A stretch of DNA of 64,000 nucleotides from Perna viridis. Taxonomy: Eukaryota. Below the pieces are notes generated by a model. The model did not search any database, was not told the DNA's origin, and saw nothing but the letters and a program-made list of their open reading frames with translations. Every line of letters starts with the position of its first letter. Positions within the stretch are counted from its first letter, which is position 1. The translations under genes were made by a program, and so were the position numbers. The stretch lies in NCBI GenBank assembly GCA_037379345.1, contig CM074514.1, forward strand, positions 20,832,001-20,896,000, in the 5' to 3' direction. Shown one piece after another: positions 11,331-24,000 of this stretch.

Positions 11331-11989
11331 ACTACACGCAGGATCAGCTACAATATGGAACCTGTGTAAAACCTAGTTAAGGAAAGACGCAGAACATCGT
11401 TCCTGGGTCAAACAGATATTTAATTTACGAGGGCCGTATTTAAAATATTAGGGAATGTCTAGTTTATGCCAGGTGTTTATCTGTTGTATATTGAGGTATT
11501 CCACAAAGATAATTTGAGGTATTATTTAGTGTATTTTATGGTGTGCTTGTTTGTTGTTTCAGTTTATTTTTTACCTTACATTATGGAAGATGTTTAAGTC
11601 CTTTAAAACTAGTTTAACCCCACCGAAGATTTCACGCGCCTGTCTTGCAGTCAGGAGGTATTGGTCATTAATGTGTCTTTGTGTCGTCAAGTTACTTTTT
11701 ATTTGATTTTGAAGAATAGTTATCGTTCTGTTACCATGGATTTTATTACGTTTCCTGTCGATTCAGTATTTACTAAACGTGTATTTACATTAATTGTGTT
11801 GAAGGCTTGTTGGTGTTCTCAGAAAGTATTCACTATTTTGTATTTAGGTTATACGCTGGTGTATTTGTTCTCTTTCACCATATCCGTTCTTTTTTCTATC
11901 TTGAACACATTAAGGTGTATTCATCTGTACCATAAAAAGTAATTTATTCAGCGTATCATCGTTACCTCTTTTGCTTACCAATGACATGA

Positions 11990-12250
11990 CATTTTATGAG
12001 CAGCTCGGGTAGAAATTTTAGAAAAGCAGAAGACTTTTACACTACAAGTTCATCGGGTCCATGCTTCCAGATTTTAGTTGAGTGGTTTGCTCAATTGATC
12101 TTGTTTCAGTTAGCATGTTATTTTGGGTATTTCATGTTCTTTGTTGTATGTGTTTGTTTCATTTATCTAGTCTTTTTCGCTGGATTATGTTCTTTTTATA
12201 TCAACGTTCAAATCCTGGTTCCCTTAGCCATGAACATTTGTATACTTTGA
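11990..12250 (+). mobile_element. Degenerate Penelope-like 3' tail
   Basis: atgagcagctcgg...tagaaaagcaga...gtccatgcttccag...tggttccctt similar to 41532-41757. Confidence 0.65.
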
Positions 12251-12258
12251 TATTTGAC

Positions 12259-12398
12259 GTGGTCTAGGGCGCTGGACTTTGTGCAGGAGGTGTTGCCATA
12301 GATGTCACAGCGGTACGAGTTCGAGTCCCGCGGAGGGAACGACCAAAATTTGCATCGCAAATTTGACAGTTCTAACATCGTTGGAAATTTCTCAGACC
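12259..12398 (+). mobile_element. tRNA-derived SINE, 5'-truncated copy
   Basis: GTGGTCTAGGGCGCTGGAC (end of A box/D arm), B box GAGTTCGAGTCCC, body shared with 12664-12830. Confidence 0.75.
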
Positions 12399-12663
12399 AT
12401 TCTAGAAGTTTACATTGTCTTCTCTGTATCAATTTGATCCGATGGAGCAGTCTAGCGAATATAGTCGTCACATTCTGAGATGTTTGTATAATACTGATTT
12501 GTTGTGACATACATCATTAATTTGACCCTCTTTCCTAAATTATAACACCTATATGAACTGTCCCATACTACCATACACCGTGTACTTAGTTACAACCCTA
12601 GTGTGCCCTTGATTAATCCTACGAGGAGGAATGACCCGGCCAGCGAAGGCTATATTTTCATAT

Positions 12664-12830
12664 AGCTTAGCTAGCCGAGTGGTCTAGGGCGCTGGACTTT
12701 GTGCAGGCGGTGTTGCCATAGATGTCACAGGAGTTCGAGTTCCACGGAGGGAACGACCTAAAATTTGCATCGCAAATTTGACAGTTCTAACATCGTTAGG
12801 AATTTTTCAGACCCACACACACACACACAC
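12664..12830 (+). mobile_element. tRNA-derived SINE with (CA)n tail
   Basis: A box TAGCCGAGTGG, B box GAGTTCGAGTTCC, body near-identical to 12259-12398, followed by (CA)n. Confidence 0.75.
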
Positions 12831-13727
12831 ATATATATAACTCCTATCAACAGTACATAGCGAGAAATATATATATTTATATATACTGTCATTCGTATTT
12901 TCATACGATATTGAAAAATCCGTATTTTTATTTTAATATTAATCATTTATACATCAATCATTTTGAATTTTTCTTGGTTATCACGGTTAAGTAACTGCTC
13001 CTCATACTAACATTTATTCGACAGTATAAATATAGCGACCATTTCCCTTTAACGACGATATTGATCTCAATGTCCATTGTGTTTAGTATTAAACTAAGGA
13101 CTCATATTTTGACAAGATATAACCATTTACTATTGGATAACAGTATTTTAGTCTGCATCGTCCGAAAAAGTAAAAATGAAAAACCGACGAAGTACATACA
13201 ACTCTTTGGTGACAGTGGATTTACTCTGACCACAATTCAAAGTGAGCTAAAATAATTCGCGCCGCTTTTTTCAGAAACATCCGTTATTTTTGGCTTCAGC
13301 AAAGATACTGACCTTTTGCACCATTAAAAAACAAAACAGATTAAGAGAATGGTCTAACGCTTTGTGTTAAATGGCTTAAACTTTTAAAATGGGACAGCAA
13401 TTTTGCATGACCAAATGATTTCAGTAAAATTATTTCAGTTTTTCCAAATTCACTTCACACACAAGACAAAATTTGGCAACCGAATTTTTATAAACAAACT
13501 CAAAGGTGGTATTGAGTCAATAATCATAGATGGCAGTATATAACAATTTCAATGTACCGGTAACCCCGCGTAAAACCAAATTCTGTTTGCGAGAACAATT
13601 TTTCGAGCCGATTTATCGGATAATTGTTCTATATGGATAGGGGATACTGTTTGATAATTGGAGAGCAGTATATTGACCATTTTTTCTGGGTCTGAAAAGT
13701 TCCAAAATTTGCAGGTATCTAGCAAAG

Positions 13728-14451
13728 ATGGTTGACATGGGAGAAAGACCACACGCTATTCCTAGTAACCATACATCTCCCGGAAACATCTTTTATCAAT
13801 CACTGGACGTTATCATTGGTAATTGTGCATCCGAAGGATCTCTTTTGTTGGGTGAACTTGACTTGATGAAGGATAATTTACCATTCAATATATCATATGG
13901 CATAACCGCTGACTACTTTCGTCAGCATATTATTGCTCCGTTTGTTGAAGAGAAATTTGGAAACAATGTTGCTATTGGAGATAAGATTTTTCAGGCTTAC
14001 AACGGTAATGGATCACTCAAAACACAGGGTAAAGAAGTTATCAACTTTCTTTGGGACTTCTTTTTTATATATCCTGCTGTCCAAAGTCTTGATATTCATG
14101 CAAACAATGATAAAAACCATATAACACAGTTTCAATACTTAAACCGACGACGGTCTGTATTTTCTAGCCCTATTCAGTCACACCCATGGTTCACAGATGC
14201 TGAACATGGCGATGAGCTTCCCTACTTATTTCCAATGAGATCTGTGTCACCATTCAATGAAGAGGATAGTAAATTTTCCCATTTAATAGTGAAATATTTG
14301 AGCAATTTTGCAAATACGGGGTAAGCACTGTTTTTTTATTTTTCAAAATCAATACACTCATGACATTTTAGTCTTGCTTTGATTTTCTCCTTAAGTATTA
14401 GCATTTGAAAAAAAAAAACATATAATCAATCAAAATTCCCATCCCCCTAAA

Positions 14452-14490
<39 letters not shown>

Positions 14491-14859
14491 TAGGAACCAT
14501 TCGAACAACAATGTAAAATGAATCATGTTCTAATGAAATAAAAATAAAATTAGTAACGAAGAAGAAAAAGTCGTCTTGACAAACACCTTTGTAGCAATAT
14601 TAGAAACACATGTTATGTTTTTATGTTAATGTAAAGATAATTCGATCAATCATAATGAATATCTTTCAGGAATGTAAATGGAGCAGAATTACCACAATGG
14701 CCGAAGTACAACCTAGAAGCAAAGAAGTATTTAGAGTTGGGCCACAATCAAACTATCAAGCACCGCCTTTATAAAGACAAGAAGGACTTTTGGTACAGTG
14801 TGATGAATAGTCCTCTGTCTACTACACCATGTATTCAACCCTCGTGCAAATTCTTTTGA
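13728..14859 (+). pseudogene. 5'-truncated carboxylesterase (C-terminal half; exons ~13728-14320 and 14670-14859)
   Basis: Open frame with GNCASEG (acid residue), AEHGDELPYLF (His), NFANTG|NVNGAELPQWPKY...DFWY...CKFF*; phase-2 intron GG|GTAAGC...CAG|G at the same position as in the 2257 copy. No GESAG-containing half found upstream. Confidence 0.8.
14453..14488. repeat. (CA)n microsatellite in CCE intron
   Basis: Direct inspection. Confidence 0.95.
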
Positions 14860-16549
14860 ATTATAAAAAAAAAATCATTTAGTTTTATTTATTCTTTATT
14901 CAATACTTACAAGACGCTTTTATGATATATCATTTTCTACTTAAACTTGGCATTTGTTTATGGTAGAGAATTTACTGTTTTGGCATCAAATCTTTAAGCT
15001 GAGAACTGTTACAATCCCATTCATAAATTTATTCCTATAGTTGCAGGTTAAATCCACCATAGTAACACAAGTAGTACGTTATTTTGTTTATTTTGTTTCA
15101 ATACATTGATAACCTTAATACTTTCTTATCATTAGTTGTTTACAAGTACACGTACTAAACTTTAGATTCCACTTTTGTCCTGTAATAAGGATAAAGTGAT
15201 TATTGAAATATTACACAAATGTTATTGAAATTTGAATCTGACCGTTTTATGAAAATGTTAATAACCGCAGAAGACAATGCTAATATTAAATATCAGAGGA
15301 GTAAACAAGAAGCAAAGTCATAATGGGATATATCAAATGAGGATCATTACTTATTCAAATGTATACACAATGCAGTACAGCGGATGGCTAAGAATATTTT
15401 AGAACTTGAATGGGCCTAGGATTATACGGCTATATCATACGTCAACTGAAAATAAATCAATGTAGTTTTTGAATATCATACCATTCTAACGGCAAAGATT
15501 TCTGCTATTTTGCTTAAATTAGAGATGGGGTCAACTACACTTTCATAGATAGTTTCAATGAAATGGTGCATTATAGGTACCGGAAAAAAGGTAACATTTA
15601 CATTACGTGTATAGAATTAAAAAAGGTAGAATATGACTTTTTCCGGCCAAAGTTGACTATTTAATCACTCAACAAAAAAGCCCCAAAATTGGTTGCATGT
15701 TTAGCTGTTTTACGAACAGAGACGCATGTCGAAAGTACCATACTTGTTTTGCATAGAAAACCTATTTTGAGATATGTTTTGTATATTCCAAAATCATATC
15801 TTTATTTGTTTATTTTTTTTTCATTTATCTTAGTATGATTGAACTTCAAAATATGCATTAAATCTACAACCTAAACACAATATTGCAACTCGGAAGTTCA
15901 TGACAGGACTGGATGAAAATCAGGATTTCGTGATAAATTGAAGAATGCATAAACGTCCAGTGTGAATTTTGAGGCATGTGCATACATGTTCATGTTGTCA
16001 CAATATTTACATCTGATGACTTGTTCGGCATTATTTTAACTATGCACCAGGTTAGTGACTGTAATACAATTTCCTCCGAATGGAAAACACTTAACGATAA
16101 AAAAAAAAAACAGATATCTTATTAAATTTCAACGCACAAGCCTACCGTTTAGGAAGTTCGTATATACGTCATAGAACTTCAAAGGATTTTTTTTCTAATC
16201 CAAATGATTCCTTCTTTAGTCACTCTCCTCTAAATTTCGACTAAATAAAAAGGACAATGGTATGACATATTTTTTCACAGAATACAAGTTCATAGAAAAC
16301 ATCATTGTCCAGGGGAAGATCCAGAATATTAGAAAAAAAAATATCATTAATTTTGCTGATTTACTTTTTCTTTCGGCATTAACTACGGAAGCGTATTAGG
16401 AACATCCTAACTTTGTTTTTGAAAGTCAAGGTTTCAACGTTTAAAATCTGGAAATTTTAGATTTAAGCTCAAAATTACGACTTTTAACTCAAAATTTCAA
16501 CTTTTGGAATATCAAAATTTCGTCTTTATTATTTTTGATAGTTGGAATA

Positions 16550-16710
16550 TGTTCTTTGTTGTGTTTGTTTTTTATGTCTCGTCTTTGTTCCTGATGGATT
16601 ACATTCTCTTAATTTGCCCTATAATATTGGTTCCCTTGATTACTCTTTGTTCCTGATGGATTACAGTCTTTTGATTTGCCTAGAATCATGGTTCCCTTGA
16701 TTACTCTTTG
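16550..16710 (+). mobile_element. Penelope-like extreme 3' end with ~61-bp tandem duplication
   Basis: tgttcctgatggattaca...tggttcccttgattactctt occurs twice in tandem and matches the terminus at 41700-41757. Confidence 0.7.
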
Positions 16711-16848
16711 AAATAACAAAATTAAACTCAATTAAACGTCAAACTCGAAATTTCCAATTTTCAAAGTTGAAATTTCGAGATTCTTAAATTCGAAAATTTG
16801 ACTGAAAAAATGTTTGGAAGTCTCAAAACCGATTTACCAAAAAGTCTT

Positions 16849-17111
16849 TGTACTGCCATAAAAAAAAGTGAGTTTACTCCCTTTATTGAAGTCAAGACAT
16901 TGTAGATGATAGTTCAGTAGATAGTGTGGTGAAGTTACATGTTTACCTATGGAAAGCGAACAGTAAAATATACATCGTAAAAATGAGACCAAATTGAATT
17001 TAGTTGCAAAGCATTTAACGAAACGTTTATAAGATTTGCAAAGCATAGAAAAACAATTTTAGACATCAGAAATGTCAAATCAGGGGTAGTTCGGACCATT
17101 GTTCCGGTACA
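16849..17111 (-). mobile_element. 3' LTR of the BEL/Pao element (263 bp)
   Basis: Minus strand starts TGTAC and ends GTACA, contains AATAAA near its 3' end, and follows a degenerate purine tract (cagacgatgag) just after the integrase C-terminus. Confidence 0.65.
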
Positions 17112-19850
17112 CTCATCGTCTGATATAAAACGTTTATATCACTACCAACACAGTGTTATACGCCGCAGACCACTGATATTGACCCAAGAGTGTAATCTGA
17201 CACAAGAAGTACGAGTTCTGTGATGGGACGTACATACAAAGTTGGTTTCCATTCACGGATTTCAGCTTTACGCACTAGGTCGTCGTCGTTGGGAAATGTT
17301 CTCGTTACGACTCCCATTAGCCACGTACGGTAGACTTGTCTAGAACCACTTCTCCTTCCTTGATGTTTTGTAATTCGGATTTCCACTTTCCACTGGACTG
17401 AAGAATGCTCAGGTATTCCTTAGACAATCGCGTCCAAACATTTTCGAAAGTAACATTAAAGATCCATATGGCTTATATGATAGTTCTTAACAATAGTATT
17501 GAGAACTTTGAGAGCTTCCATGTGGAAAGCGTCAGTCCCACCCACAAAGTTGGTTTAAACCTGAATGTAGTAACCTTTCCTCTGATTGCTACGAAACGTA
17601 TCAGAGCGTTGATGAATATACTGGATGATAACAAACTCTTCTACAAACTCGATGTGGATAGCACAGGTTGATAGGCAGGTAATGAGAAAGCCCGGCTTTT
17701 ATTATTTGCGATACCACCATTAGTCGTTCTGTGAACGATGCTTCGTAGTCCGAAGACATCCTAGCCTACACTTGTAAACGGAGGGGAAGGGTCGACACGT
17801 TCCAAAAGAAGATCTGCCATTTTCTGATGTTGCCAGGTTCCACGGAGTCTTCGACATAGACCACACAGTGATGAATAACAGACGATACGAATTGTTTCAT
17901 GCTAACGATCAATTGGAAGTTGAATGCAGGGCTTCCTCGCTGAAGTTTCTTCCTTGATGCTTGGCCTGAACGTGATTGTGTCGTACTAAGACACAAGTCA
18001 CATGACATTGTCTTGGTTGATTCAACGGTTTCTTCTCTTTAAACGCGATGTGTGCGATGTTTAATCGTCCTCCCACGCGATTTAAGCCCTCATTGTCGTT
18101 ATGAGGATCCAAAGTAACCAAACTACTTTACTTTGGTTTCTTTTGTCCGTTCATGATAAAATCGTTTCATAAGCTTCGCATTGAATTACTTTGATCAAGA
18201 AATTGTGCTTTGCCTAACGGTTGCACAGTATAAAAAGAGTTTTCATTGTCCAGATTCGTAATCTTAGCGTGTACGAATTTTGTAAAAAAAAAAAAGGCTA
18301 ATACTAAAGACGCATAGTCCTCATTGTCACTTATGATGTGTTAACTATCCAAGAACTTTGTTGTTTCAGTAATCCAACAGCTTGAATCAATTCCTGCGCC
18401 TATATCGATTTCATGCTTGCACATGCCGTATTGATTGAACCGTTGACATACTCTATTCTTAACGTATGCGTGAAATCGACAGGTCTCATTGAAAATGAAC
18501 CCAAGAGCATCCTTGTGTTTGTTATGGTATCTAGCATAGCCAATAGGGTGATCAATTTTTTCCAGCACTACCCCTGCAGTCTCTACAACTAAGACTGCCG
18601 CGCACAGCTTTAGCCTTGGGATTATGTGGCCATGTTGCGGGGAAATTGTGGCTTTACCAAATCCTACATCTTAATATCCATCATCATAATCAATCCTTAA
18701 GTACGAAACGGCCGCTTTAGCTTTCTCGGAGCGGCGTCAGCAAAAACGTGAATCTCTTCAGTGCTGATCTGACTAAGTGATGTCGATAAACACATTCGTT
18801 GAATTGTCAAGTCATTAAGTTTCTCCATAATTCCCATTCATGTTTGACTGTGTGACTGGCGCTACAAGTCCTATAGGTCATACACACTGTTCAATATCGA
18901 CAATATCTTGTGTAAATTGATACTTCCATTGACCATTTCGTCGGGGTAGTCAGTGGAAATTATCGACGTAAAATGTCTATTAACAAATTTCTGAATGTCT
19001 AGTTCGGCGGGCACAACGCACTTCCTAAGACCGTAGATTGCCACTGCGGACGATGGGCTGTTATCAAAGCTGCGACACAATTCTTGCTGAATCGCATTAG
19101 GGTCCATATGAGAGAATTGTTTATCTCCGGTCCTTGCAGTAACACTTTGTTTATGGACACGTTCCCAAATTTAGCCGATGAAAAAATACACGTCGTATTT
19201 CCCAACATTCTTCTGGTGATAGACACCAAATACAGGTAGGAACAAATCTTCTGTATCTCGCTCAAAATCGTTCGCTACTACCGCATGATTATCATCTAGA
19301 AGGCCTTGCATGAAGACATTAAAATGTTCTAGTTTTTCAGGGTTCTTCTGAAGATTCTTGTACAGAGACTAGACTCGTCGCCGTGCCAAAGCGTAATTGT
19401 TCGGCAAAAGGTCCCTGTTCGGCTTAAAAGGCAGGAGTGCACTTCAGTTCTTTTTTCGTCCTCAGAAACTCCTTGTGCATAACATCAAGAAACAATTTGT
19501 CTTCCACAGACTTTCCTGTTTTGTCATCGTATATTGTACGATTGAAAATGTGGTCTCCCATAGGCACTTCGTTGTAGTCGTAATTGTCAAAATAATTGCA
19601 AACTGTAAGAAATTCACCAACCTTGAACGTATTTGAGCTCGGTTTAAGCAAAGAACCCCCCGATTGATATGTGTCTTCTTAGAGTTCACATCTTCGTCGA
19701 CACGCTTGTTTCCTATGCACACAGCACCGATGATGACCCATCCTTATGTGGCTCGCTGAACATAAGGCGCAATAGATGGATCAGTGTTGATCGGGAACGT
19801 CGTATTATTTGTGTGATGAGGCACTCAGGAGACCGCGACCGATGAAATAG
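16849..19850 (-). mobile_element. Degenerate, 5'-truncated BEL/Pao LTR retrotransposon (RT, RNase H, integrase)
   Basis: Frameshifted pol: KFVNRHF/YVDN (RT), EIHVFADA/SEKAKAAVSY and IPRLKLCAAVL (Pao RNase H signatures), H..KHQGR zinc finger, C-terminal WLMGVVTRTFPNDDDLVRKAEIR..YVRPITELVLL. Confidence 0.88.
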
Positions 19851-21045
19851 TCTAAAGTCTTATTACAAATACATCTCATATGTACAGTCTATGAAAATTC
19901 ATTTTCTCATTTACTTGTATACACATGTACGAATTTTCATAAGAGAAAATTCATTGATCAATTCACCAATTGAACCGATTTACGCACCTATTGTCAAATA
20001 AAATCTGTAACATATGGTCCGTAAGTTCAAAATAAAGGTAATAACAAAATTCACGAACTCATTATCAACACTATTTATTGGAATCTCTGATAAACTGGAT
20101 TTATAGCCACTTCTTTCTGACTTGGTGCTGGAATTTTAAATTGAGGTTGTGGTTTACACCAATTTTCTTTAGCTGTCCAAACTTCATGGTTCCATTATGA
20201 CCATAATTGTCCCGAGGTAAGATTTTGATGTATTAGAAATTTGCTTCTAATCCTAAGAATATCACCAGGTGAATCCATAAGACATAAACAAAGATTACAC
20301 CAGAAACATCTTCAGAAACATACTTTAACATATTAAAATGTACAAAAAAAGATTTCTTTGGGCATCTATTTAGTAATCGAGGCTGTAGATTGGGTGTAGA
20401 TGATTTAAATAGAGATCTTGTTCATAAATTTAAGCCAATGCAAGTACTTGGTCGAGTTGGACAGGGTTACTCTGACTTTTTGCGCAAGGGTCAAATTTTG
20501 TGTACTGGATTGTTTTCAGTATAATATTTTTCCGGACATTTTATTTTTTTAATCAAGCCTAGCTGGGACTTTTTTTCAAACAGATCTTAATTTTACTACC
20601 ACTTGTATCCTACCTCTATATCCCACCTTTTTTGTATTATAATCAATAATTATTATTTATCTTGGATTTTTTTAGGTATACTTCATCGTCCTGCCTTTTT
20701 GCATTTCCGATTTGATCCTAATACAAATTTTTAATTAAGTTTGTGCGCTGTAAGGCAATTTTACGCACCAGGCAAACAGTCTACAATATACTAATTTCGA
20801 TACCTTAATAGGATCATTTCCATTATGCTTACATCAATTTTAAAAGTCGTTTTTATCCACAAATTTCTCAAGCTTTTACGTGAATATATGCTGTTTTGCT
20901 TAGTAAGGTTTGTTGTTTTGTCCCCATTTAACACTTCCATTGTAATGGTAAACAATTGAATCAGAATTTTAGATGTGGAGAGTTGTTTTTTAAATAGGCA
21001 TTGTAAACCTGTACTCGTATAAATGATGACCCGGAATGACATACC

Positions 21046-24000
21046 GATCCTCATTGGATAATAGCTTTGGCGGAAGTACATGTGACCTATTCACATTCTT
21101 TCAACATTCAAGGTCGGACGTGCTTGAGGTTAGAGCGGTAAAAGGTAGATGTTGATTTTTTTTAAATATTTTATTTTATTTTATTTTATTTTAGACCTTG
21201 GTGGTCAAGCATGATTTTATAAACCAACGGGGTCAGAAATGAGAATTTAGTCCAAGAGGGTCAGAAATGAGAATTTAGACCAAGAGGGTTAGACATGAGA
21301 TTTTAGACCAAGAGGGTCGAATTGAGAATGTACAGAGAAAGACTAAAGAGGGTCAGATACAATATTTAGAGGGGCCCTAGATTTGGGGCAGAATGTTTTA
21401 TTGGAGGAAATTAAAATTGCATCGTGAATTTCGCGGTTTTCATTTCTCCATGCAGCCTTGATAAATTATTAAATACTAAAAAAGTGGATGGAGATCTGAT
21501 TTTGGATATTCTGATTTCGGTTATTGCGAATGATTGATAGAATGACAATTTTGTAATTGATTCAGTTATTTTCCTATTATTATGACAGAATTTCGTCGGG
21601 CTCAAGAGTCAAGGGTTGTTTAATGACATGCATTCCTTTTTTTAACTAAATTTATTATTTTATTATTTTTTGAATTGTTCAATTTTTCTTATTATCTAAG
21701 TCAGTTTAATTACTTTAAGAAGGTATCAATGTTTGTTTACTGACCGTATCGGGATAATTAGAAAGCACGGACACTTTAACAGTTAAAGATTTAAATACCG
21801 ACTACTACGTGTAAACATTGATTAAAACCAGTTTTGTATTGAATTTCAGATGGTGTTGCCGATGGTATTAAAGAAGCGTCATTCATTGAAAGATATAAAT
21901 ATTTTGCCAGTAATAAAAAGGATTAGGACGGGAAAGCCGAGGTCTTAGAAAGAATTTGCACGAATTGCAAAGGAGACGAAGACGCAGACGTTAAGTTTGG
22001 ATGAGGTGGCTGACCATGTTAATAATATCACAGGGGAAGAACTTGGGGGAACTGTTGATGTTGGCCGGCAGAGACAATAATGTAGATGAAGGCATATGGA
22101 GAATGTGAAAAGTTATACTAAATGATTTGTAGTATATAATTTCTGTTTGGAAAGAGTCATGGTCGTTTGGTCTTTGAATTACACCTTAAGCAGTAGTTTA
22201 CACACCATTACATGTATATTTAAGGAAGTACGAGTCTCGGGTAAATAATAATTAAAATGTATTCATTTGAGAGTTTTTCTTAGCATCAGAGAACGAAAAC
22301 GGGCAAATAGTAAAATTTGGTGATATCTAATAACTAAAACTTGCTTAAATTGGTATTTTAGATCTTTGAAGAAATATTTGAGGTACATTTATAAATTTTA
22401 ATTTTGAATTTTTGGCGGGAAATAGCTATCGAAAATTTTTTGAAAATCTGAAGCTCGTACTCCTTAATGAAGTTTCTCGACAATTCGAGGGACACTGAAG
22501 CCCTAGTGGATTACCACGTGAATTGTAGGCGAAGGAATTTCTTCTTGGTGTACACAAGCCGGTTTATTTTGAGTTAAATTGCATTATGCCCGTTATTTCA
22601 ATACAGCCAAATGACGAGGAAATGGGAAGCTACAATTCATCGTTTGTTAGGCTACCTGATTTGGAACTGGAAAGTGGTTTTAACCAAGAGATAATTCATG
22701 TCCGGAAAAGCCAGCATGGGTAACACTTAAAGGAGAAATCCCTTCGTCAACTATTCACTGTCCATGAACTGAAGAAGTTTTTAAATGGTACTGGTTTTGA
22801 TTGTTAATGAATTGCCACTTCGTGACCCTGACAATTTTGTAAGTGGACAAATTCATGAACAGTTTTCTAATTGGCAAGATATATTGAGTGACGAAATATG
22901 TGGTCAAAATGGAAATGTTTTGAATTGGATAAAGAATGGAGTGAATGTCCATGACTTTTTCAAACATTTTAGAGGTAATTTCAAAGGAAAAGCGTACGAT
23001 TGTGACTTGCCTCCATAGCAGTATTTTCAAAATTCGAATAATTGCAAACAGTTTGTTGACTTTATAGGTAAAGAACTTTGTGAGAGGATAGCTTCAGGTT
23101 CGATTAAATTATTACGCCACCAAGAATAATCATGCCACTTACTGTAGAACCAAGTAAACCACGACTCTGTCATGATGAAACATTTTTGAATTTATGGATT
23201 CCCCATTCCACTTGGAGACTCTTCAGGACATTCTAAGAATCGTGGGGAAGAATTCATTGATGGTTACTTTATTTATCAGTCCATTTGGCATGGGAATAAC
23301 GTCTTACCTCAGAACTTTAGATGTGCTTGACACTTTGTATATAGATGACCGTTTTGCTGTTACAAAGGTGAACACAGAATTGAGTGAAGAAAACCTTGTT
23401 GAGGGTAGGAAATTAGCGTATAATTTGCTAGAATTACTGACAAGACTTGGGTATACTCTGTCATTAAAAAATGTTCATTGGAACCTTCTAGTGGCAAGAA
23501 ATTTTTAGGATTTTTTATTGACTCAAATAGACAGGCTTTTTTACTTCATGAAGACAAAAAGACAGAATTTTCTGAATTGAGGGAATTTATGCTTCAGTGT
23601 GAGGAAATAGATTTAAGGACCCTTCAGAGGTTCTGTGGAAAGTGCATTTCAATGTCACTTGCAGTTCCAGGGTGTAAACTGTTTTGTTCGGAGGTGAATT
23701 CAGCAATATCTTATTCAGTGAAAAATAGTAGGTCTGTTAAGGTTTCCAGTGCCCTTTATATGGAACTTCAATATTGGCGGTTTTTAGATGATTGGCCTGG
23801 CTGTTGCAAATGGAGACCAGAGTTGCATAAACATATTGAACTTTCTACAGATGATTCAGGATATATAGTTTTGTAGCGACTTTGGGAGCACAGAAACAAG
23901 AATTTGGCGACTACTGGGACAGCGGAGATTCAAGGCCAATTCATGTTAAAGAAGCCAATGCCATTCTAAAGGCCATATTGTCTATGAAGGATTCTTTGAT

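Noticed and set aside
12634-12680. Hairpin cggccagcgaaggctatat-tttc-atatagcttagctagccg at the SINE 5' end
   Set aside because: Seen at one copy only and apparently spans a junction of two unrelated repeats; may be coincidental.
12664-12750. Possible tRNA gene
   Set aside because: A and B boxes are present but no proper acceptor or anticodon stems, and it continues into a shared body with a simple-repeat tail; better explained as a SINE.
20791-21081. 96-aa minus-strand ORF with faint resemblance to transposon (Crypton-like) N-termini
   Set aside because: No diagnostic motif, and it overlaps the DIRS A1 repeat; cannot be supported without a search.
21230-21365. CRISPR-like array (also considered for 56957-57250 and 58390-58890)
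   Set aside because: Units are contiguous tandem repeats without unique spacers, there are no cas genes, and the context is eukaryotic.
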